Source: Balneolaceae bacterium
GTDB lineage: Bacteria; Bacteroidota; Rhodothermia; Balneolales; Balneolaceae
Reading direction: 5' to 3'
Length of the DNA stretch: 32,000 nucleotides
Assembly (NCBI GenBank): GCA_965249965.1
Contig: OZ252262.1
Span: forward strand, 3,044,682-3,076,681
Positions within the stretch are counted from its first letter, which is position 1, and every line of letters begins with the position of its first letter. The notes under the pieces were generated by a model. It worked only from the letters and a program-made list of their open reading frames with translations. It was not told where the DNA came from and did not search any database. Positions 16,776 through 22,967 of this stretch are shown here, in pieces. The position numbers and the translations under genes are program-made.

Positions 16776-19757
16776 GAATAATATTAAAACCATTATTCTT
16801 TTTTTTTTTCGCTACTAGTTTCCAGTAGTACGGCTTTTGCTCAAAGCGAAGACGACTTCGAAGTTTATCTTCAATTTACTCATAGAGGTGTAATAAACAA
16901 TTATGTTATTGCTTATTACGATGGAAATGAGTTTTTCTTACCTGTTAAAGAGTTATTTGATCTGCTTCAGATCGAGGCCAATTTAAATGGCGTTGTAATA
17001 GATGGAAGGTTTGCACTCGAACAGACTGATTATTTCATTGACCTAAATAGACAGTCGATAACATATGGAGACAAATCTTATCCATTAACCAGTGACGATT
17101 ACATACTCACTGAATTAGATACATACATCCCTCCTAGATATTTTAGTGAGGTTTTTGGTTTAAATTTTTCGGTAGATTTTAATAACCTCACACTCAGGCT
17201 GGAAACAGAAGTTGAAATACCTATTATTCAACGCTATTTAAGACAGTCAAAACGAAAGCTTGCAGATACCAACAGAGGCGAAGTCTCCTATTACCCTTTA
17301 GAGTTTGGACTAGAACGAAGCTTTTTCGATGGAGGGTTTATGGATTATAGCTTAGCAGCTAACTTAAATAATCAACTAAATACTTTCAGTTATAGTAGCT
17401 CGCTTGGGTTACAACTGCTAGGTGGGGATTTACAAGGTGGGTTATTCGGTAACGTAAATAATGAAACCACCATATTTGAAACCAATAACTTAAGATGGAG
17501 AACCTTATTACGCGATAATAATTGGCTTAAAAGTATAACAATTGGTCAAACTAATACCGATGGTGTATTTATGAACAGCTATACTGGAATAAGATTATCC
17601 AATGAACCAATTGAGCCTAGAAGGTTATTTGATGAATTTGAATTACAAGGAAATACAATTCCCCAATCTGAAATTGAATTATATCTCGACAATGCACTAA
17701 TCGATTTTAGTCAAGCCGATGAATTTGGAAATTATCGGTTTTTGGTACCTCAATACTATGGTACAACTCAATTAGATTTAAGAATTTATGGACCAACCGG
17801 ACAAATAATTCAACAACGATCAAGACAGCAGATTCCATTTAATTTTGTACCAAAAGGAGAATTTAATTATAGATTTAATGCAGGTGTATTAGAGAATTCA
17901 TCTATTGGTGAGACGGATAGAGATAATACAATACAAGGATCTATTTCATATGGGGTTAATCGTTGGTTAAGTTCGAAAGTAGGAATCGAATATTATTCCT
18001 CAATAATTGGTGAGAATAAACCTTTTTATACAGCAACATTATCAAGCCGAATCGCATCTAACTATATATTCTCTGTTGAAGGAGTAACAGAAGGGTACTT
18101 ACGATCGACGTTAAATGCGGTTTATCCAAATTCTGCCAGTATCAATCTGGATGTAACTAATTACTCTTCAAAGGAAACAATATTTAATACATCGAATAAT
18201 GATTATCAGGTAATAGGAAGCATATTCCTTCCAATAACTATAAAAAATCAATTATTCAGCGTAAGGGTTTCAAATTTTTCGAGAGTAAGACAAGGGTTAA
18301 CTTTAAATACTATTAGAACCGATCTGAGCGCGAAGGTTAATCGTATTAATATGAGATTGGGGTATTCAGATAGATTAGTCGATTCTTTTGATATTTTAAA
18401 AGGTTCAGGTTCAGGGATTTTAGAATCTGCACTAACATACAACTTCACAAGAAACCCAAATATTCCAAAATTTATCAGAGGCACTTTTTTACGTAGTCAA
18501 CTTAGATTTGTCCCATCAACAAACTCATTTCAGCAAGGTGAGATACTGGTATCCAGAAGTTTGTTCAATAAAGGTAGAATACAAGCTTCTCTTGGTAGAA
18601 ACTTTCAAGGAAAGTTTAATACGTTTAGAATCAATTTTGTAATTGATTTTGGGGTTATTCGATCGAACACAACTACCACTGTTATCAGAGGTAATGTGAA
18701 TTCTAACCAAACAGTACGCGGTTCAGTTGGTTACGACTCGAACTTCAATAATTTTATTTGGACGAGTAGAAACCAAGTTGGTCGGTCTGGTACAGCTGTT
18801 CGGTTTTTTGTTGACAACAATACAAATGGCACATTCGATTCTGATGCAGATGAACTCCTCGATGATATCAATCTAAGACTTGGAAGAACCGGCGCATCAA
18901 CGGTATATAAAGATGGAATATTATATTACAGCCAACTAAACTCATATTTCCGCTACAATGTTGAATTGAATCAAACATCCATAAAAAACCCAATGCTGGT
19001 AGCAGATCGTGACAGATTCTCAATTGTTACAGACCCGAATTCGTTCAAGTTACTAGATATTCCTTTCAACATGAGTGGAGTTATGGAAGGAGCCGTAGAA
19101 AGAATTTATGACGATGGATTTACACAAGGTATTGGTGGACTAAAAGTTCTTGTTACATATTTAGATGACAATAATGTAAAAGAACTCCGTACTTTTTCAG
19201 ATGGAAGTTTTTATGATTACCCACTTAAACCGGGGAATTATCGTCTTGAAATTGATCCATCACAATTAACCATATTGCAAGCGAGATCTGAACCTGAGTT
19301 CATAAATTTCGAAGTTAAAACACTACGTGACGGTGATTTTGTTGAAGGATTGAACTTCAAACTTCTACCAAAAATTGACCAGGAACAAACACCTGAAGAC
19401 AGTTTAACTGCGCTAACCATTGCTCAAGTAACCGACGAAATTAAGAGTGAACCAGAAATATTAGAATATTCTCAGGAAATATTTGTAACTATTGATGATG
19501 CACTCAGGTACTTAATTCAGGCTCAAAACGCCTTTTACAGCAAGAATATCGAGCTTGCGTTCCGTTTAGTTCAAGAATCATTAGAACTTTTTGAAACTGC
19601 ACAAGGGCACGCTTTAAAGGGAAGTTTTTACTATTTTGAGGGCAACATCGACCAGGCGCAACGACATTGGGAACAGGCACTCAGATTTAACCCCGATCTC
19701 TACATCCCAGATATGGAGACTCTAGAGGACAAGGTTTCGACGAGTGCATCAGATTAG
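16772..19757 (+). CDS. Usher-like outer-membrane fibre-assembly protein (~995 aa if read through) with a C-terminal CarboxypepD_reg-like plus TPR-like extension; reading frame interrupted at the T11 tract
   Basis: The frame of ORF 17340-19757 is open back to 16788 and encodes ...FFSLLVSSSTAFAQSEDDFEV (a signal-peptide end), but it has no ATG/GTG/TTG before 17340. TTG 16772 overlaps the chaperone stop (TTGA) and encodes MRIILKPLFFFFF in the adjacent frame, which stops at 16826. Usher-like motifs include the N-domain FFLPVKELFDLLQIE...IPPRYFSEVFGLNFSVDFNNLTLRLE and the plug-like IELYLDNALIDFSQADEFGNYRFLVPQYYGTTQLDLRIYGPTGQIIQQ. The C-terminal part has LKVLVTY...RTFSDGSFYDYPLKPGNYRLEI followed by TPR-like helices. 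Confidence 0.6.
16799..16809 (+). repeat. T11 homopolymer inside the usher signal-peptide coding region
   Basis: Counted directly as t at 16799-16809, flanked by c at 16798 and c at 16810. Confidence 0.95.
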
Positions 19758-21606
19758 GATGTATAATATAGGTAACATATTCAACCACCGACTTCTCAAT
19801 TTGGCTTCTAAAAAAAGCCACCGACTCCCTACCCCCTCTATTTTTTTATTAGTTTTTGTTAATATTCTAATTGTTAACCCTGTTTTTGCTCAAACTGCTA
19901 TTGATCCTGGTAATACGCAGTCGTTAGAATTAAGAGTTGCAAATCTCGAACAGCAGTACGATTCCCAAATAATCCAGATACTTGCTAATTACTTCGATCG
20001 AAAGAAATTTTTTATTGATGTAAATTTAGAAGCAGAATTAATTGATGAAACAGTTGGAACTTCCCAAAACCAAGTGGTTTCTTCATCACAACCACGGCAG
20101 AATTTATTTATGCCGGGTCTGCCTTTCTTACCTGAAGAAAACGTTCGCCAACAACCATCTTTAACACTAGAGCCTGATGTAATAGTCAATCAAAATACTA
20201 TCAAAACACTCCGTTTGGTTAGTATGAACGTTAACATATATGCTGATACTTCACTTACGGCTGAACAACTCGAACTAATGCGGTTTATAACAGGTATAGC
20301 TGTTAAAGTTAATCCCAATCGAGGAGATCAGATTGTCATTTCTCAAATAGCAATTCCTGATTATACCGAACGACCAGAGCCGATAACTGCAACAACAATT
20401 TCACCTCAACCAACTACAAGTCCGGATTTCAATTCAATCTATACCTACGTTCCTGCATTCGCTTTAATGCTTTTATTTGGTCTCACCTTATTGTTCAACC
20501 GCCTGATGAACAAGCCACAACCACAAATACCCATTAGGGAATTTAGAGAAGCATTTAAGCAAGATTATGCTACTAACAGAGAATTAGCCCGTACAGAGTT
20601 AGAAATCGAAGATCCTGAGCCAATGGAATCACCCGAAATAGTTGTAACGAAAGATGAAATTGTGGAAGCTTTCTTCACTAAACCTGATGAAGTATCCACC
20701 ATTTTCAGATATTGGTTAAGTGACGAAGAAATCGGTGCTGAAAAAGCAGCTGAAGTAATTGTTGCTACCGATAAACATTTACTTCGTACGATTAAACGAG
20801 AATTACACCCAGAGGATTACGAAACGCTTACCGACGCAGTAATCGATTTACCAGAATTAAGCCCAGAAAAGCGTAAAGAAATCCTAACCCAGTTTGGAAA
20901 AATGCTTCAACAGGGTGCGAAGAATACGATATCTGAAGGAAAAAGAAATAAGTTTTCACTCTTCAAATTTCTAGATCATATTTCTGACCAACATATTTTA
21001 ACGCTTCTGGAAACAGAAGACAGTCTATCGGGTGCATTTATACTGCAATATCTACCTGAAGAACATGCAGCAGAATTCATTGAGAAGTTAGACAAAGAAA
21101 TTGCTGCTAAAATTATGTTGCATATGGCAACATTAAACAATCTTACGAACGATCAACAACAAAGAATTTCTTCTGAATTATTTGATAAGGCCATGGATTT
21201 GGTTGAAGCAGAACGTAGCGAGCAGTATGGAGCAGAGCACCTGTACCCTATTCTAGAACGCTTGCCAGTTCACGAACAGAAACGTTATATCGATGAATTA
21301 AAAGCGACCGGATCTATTGTTGGAGCCATATTAGAGAAACAATTTATTACCATCGAGAAATTGCCTGAATTAAGCGATGAAATTATTAAAAGAGCAGTTC
21401 GTACTTTAAATACTGAAACCTTGTTGGATGCTATCGTTGGCCTGGACGCTCATATTGTAGATAAAATTTTATCTGCTCGCCCTAAACGTGAACAACGTCT
21501 GCTTAGAATGGAACTTGACGAATTACAAGGCGCAAGTAATTTGCAAACCGAATATGCAAAAGCCATTCTTATGAATTCAATTAGAAAGAATGCGAATGAC
21601 GGCTAA
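19744..21606 (+). CDS. Membrane protein reading as a FliF-like ring-building domain fused to a complete FliG-like (N/M/C) rotor protein (620 aa from GTG 19744; 615 aa from ATG 19759)
   Basis: It has an N-terminal hydrophobic segment (IFLLVFVNILIVNPVFAQ), a periplasmic segment, a TM helix (IYTYVPAFALMLLFGLTLLF), and then a cytoplasmic FliG-like sequence. See the two domain features below. The start is 1 nt after, or 14 nt overlapping, the usher stop. Confidence 0.65.
   Translation: MHQIRMYNIGNIFNHRLLNLASKKSHRLPTPSIFLLVFVNILIVNPVFAQTAIDPGNTQSLELRVANLEQQYDSQIIQILANYFDRKKFFIDVNLEAELIDETVGTSQNQVVSSSQPRQNLFMPGLPFLPEENVRQQPSLTLEPDVIVNQNTIKTLRLVSMNVNIYADTSLTAEQLELMRFITGIAVKVNPNRGDQIVISQIAIPDYTERPEPITATTISPQPTTSPDFNSIYTYVPAFALMLLFGLTLLFNRLMNKPQPQIPIREFREAFKQDYATNRELARTELEIEDPEPMESPEIVVTKDEIVEAFFTKPDEVSTIFRYWLSDEEIGAEKAAEVIVATDKHLLRTIKRELHPEDYETLTDAVIDLPELSPEKRKEILTQFGKMLQQGAKNTISEGKRNKFSLFKFLDHISDQHILTLLETEDSLSGAFILQYLPEEHAAEFIEKLDKEIAAKIMLHMATLNNLTNDQQQRISSELFDKAMDLVEAERSEQYGAEHLYPILERLPVHEQKRYIDELKATGSIVGAILEKQFITIEKLPELSDEIIKRAVRTLNTETLLDAIVGLDAHIVDKILSARPKREQRLLRMELDELQGASNLQTEYAKAILMNSIRKNANDG
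19945..20361 (+). other. FliF/SctJ-type ring-building-motif (RBM3-like) periplasmic domain
   Basis: LEQQYDSQIIQILANYFDRKKFFIDVNLEAEL resembles FliF lE..i...i..iL.pivG.g.v.v.V.a.ld. IKTLRLVSMNVNIYADTSLTAEQLELMRFITGIAVKVNPNRGDQIVISQIAIP resembles FliF i.RLSVAVvV....lt.eq...i..lv..avGf...RGD.v.V....F. A TM helix follows, as in FliF. Confidence 0.55.
20731..21591 (+). other. FliG-like N, middle and C-terminal domains
   Basis: N domain: IGAEKAAEVIVATDKHLLRTIKRELHPEDYETL...EILTQF (FliG_N has the EKAA motif). Middle domain: LLETEDSLSGAFILQYLPEEHAAEFIEKLDKEIAAKIMLHMATL (compare FliG l..EhPQtiAlil.yL.pe.AA.vl..Lp.e....v..riA.l). C domain: LSDEIIKRAVRTLNTETLLDAIVGLDAHIVDKILSARPKREQRLLRMELDELQG...EYAKAILMNSIRK (compare FliG l.d.di..ll.evd...L..ALkga..el.ekil.nmS.Raae.l.edle..gpv...dve.Aq..il). 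Confidence 0.65.
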
Positions 21607-21623
21607 CTTCTAATTTTATCCAC

Positions 21624-22154
21624 TTGATGAACGTACGGCTTTATACATTAGCACTCATTTTTACATTTTTATTGCTTCATTGTTCATCATCCAGCGAAGT
21701 TGTAGAGCCTGAAGGAGAAACGATTACAGAGTTAAGCGAAGTAGAATTAAAAGCCCAGGCGCAAGCTGATAGCGTAGCTGAAGCCGAAGCCAAGGAAGAA
21801 GAACTTCGAAGCGCACTTATCGAGCTTTATAAAGATGAAATTTATTCCCGATATCAGGCGCAGGCAAATACACTAACTAACTATTACATCTTAGCCCAGC
21901 AACATTTTTATTCTGGCGATTTTGAAAATGCCTTATTCTTAATCAATAGAGCTGCATTGATTAAAGAAAATGCTGATGTACTTGCTTTACGAGGCAGTAT
22001 ATATTTGGGCCTTGGTTATATCAATGAATTTGTAAATCAGTGGCGGAGAGCGCTTGAAATGGACCCCGAAGTTCCTCTACCTTCTTCTGCATATATCATT
22101 CAGCAATTGCAAAATAACGGACTAATCGACGAAAACTTAAAAAAGGCTTTTTAA
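21624..22154 (+). CDS. Lipoprotein with C-terminal TPR-like module (176 aa)
   Basis: It has a lipobox-type signal (TFLLLHC followed by SSSS), an acidic/Ala-rich helical segment (AQAQADSVAEAEAKEEE) and a TPR-like C-terminus that is homologous to the usher C-terminal extension. Confidence 0.6.
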   Translation: MMNVRLYTLALIFTFLLLHCSSSSEVVEPEGETITELSEVELKAQAQADSVAEAEAKEEELRSALIELYKDEIYSRYQAQANTLTNYYILAQQHFYSGDFENALFLINRAALIKENADVLALRGSIYLGLGYINEFVNQWRRALEMDPEVPLPSSAYIIQQLQNNGLIDENLKKAF

Positions 22155-22159
22155 CCTTC

Positions 22160-22957
22160 ATGCGGACATCCATTCTTAACATTTTATGCTTTCTGATTTC
22201 TCTAGTTGTATTGGTGTGGGGTGCTTTGCTTGTTACTGGATTTACACAATACGACTTAATTCCCAGTAGATTTTCGTTTTTAAATCTTCCAAGCCTGGCA
22301 ATCGTTTTTGGCGGGATCACAGCGAGCGTTTTTATTAGTTATCCATTTAACAGTGTCTTAAAAGCGTTATTGGAAAGCACCAAACTATTTTCTTATAGCA
22401 CGATTACTCCCGATTTATTAGAACAGGATGTGCAAAGAATTATGGATTGGCAAAAAATGATAAAACAAGACCGATTCTCTGCTATTTCTCAGCTAAGTGA
22501 AGATTACTCCAATCAATTTGAAGGGTATTTGTTTTCCGTGTTAGACACCAACTATTCAACCGAAGATTTACGTGAACTTGGAGAAATTAATATCGAAGAA
22601 AATTATACCCGCCAGCAGCTTGTAAATCAGATAATATCGAGCATGGGAAAAACATCACCTGTATTTGGCATGCTTGGCACGCTCTTTGGGTTGATTGTAA
22701 TTCTATCTGGTTTTAGTGAGGTAGAATCTCTACTTACAGGTTTGGGTGCTGCACTTATGACCACTCTTTATGGGATTTTGATTGGTAATTTCGTCTTTAC
22801 GCCCATGGCCAAGAAAATGAATAATGTTGCTTCGATGCGCTATTTTCGTGAAAAATTGATTTTAGAAGGGATCATACTAATCGAAGAGAATAAGTCTGCC
22901 TTACAGGTATACGACCGATTACAGGCGCATATGCGAAGAAATAAGAACATGATTTAA
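22160..22957 (+). CDS. MotA/TolQ/ExbB-family proton-channel protein, MotA-like (265 aa)
   Basis: Two N-terminal TM helices are followed by a ~100-aa charged cytoplasmic loop, and then the conserved C-terminal TM pair SPVFGMLGTLFGLIVIL...LGAALMTTLYGILIGNFVFTPMAKKM. This is the MotA_ExbB family signature. Confidence 0.8.
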   Translation: MRTSILNILCFLISLVVLVWGALLVTGFTQYDLIPSRFSFLNLPSLAIVFGGITASVFISYPFNSVLKALLESTKLFSYSTITPDLLEQDVQRIMDWQKMIKQDRFSAISQLSEDYSNQFEGYLFSVLDTNYSTEDLRELGEINIEENYTRQQLVNQIISSMGKTSPVFGMLGTLFGLIVILSGFSEVESLLTGLGAALMTTLYGILIGNFVFTPMAKKMNNVASMRYFREKLILEGIILIEENKSALQVYDRLQAHMRRNKNMI

Positions 22958-22967
22958 TTCATGTATC

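Noticed and set aside
8331-20189. Other short nested or antisense ORFs (8331-8543, 9200-9388, 10121-10303, 10638-10835, 16511-16756, 18248-18484, 18525-18710, 19238-19420, 19989-20189, 22096-22320)
   Set aside because: They overlap better-supported genes on the same or opposite strand, and their translations show no features. In an AT-rich sequence their stop-free length is unremarkable.
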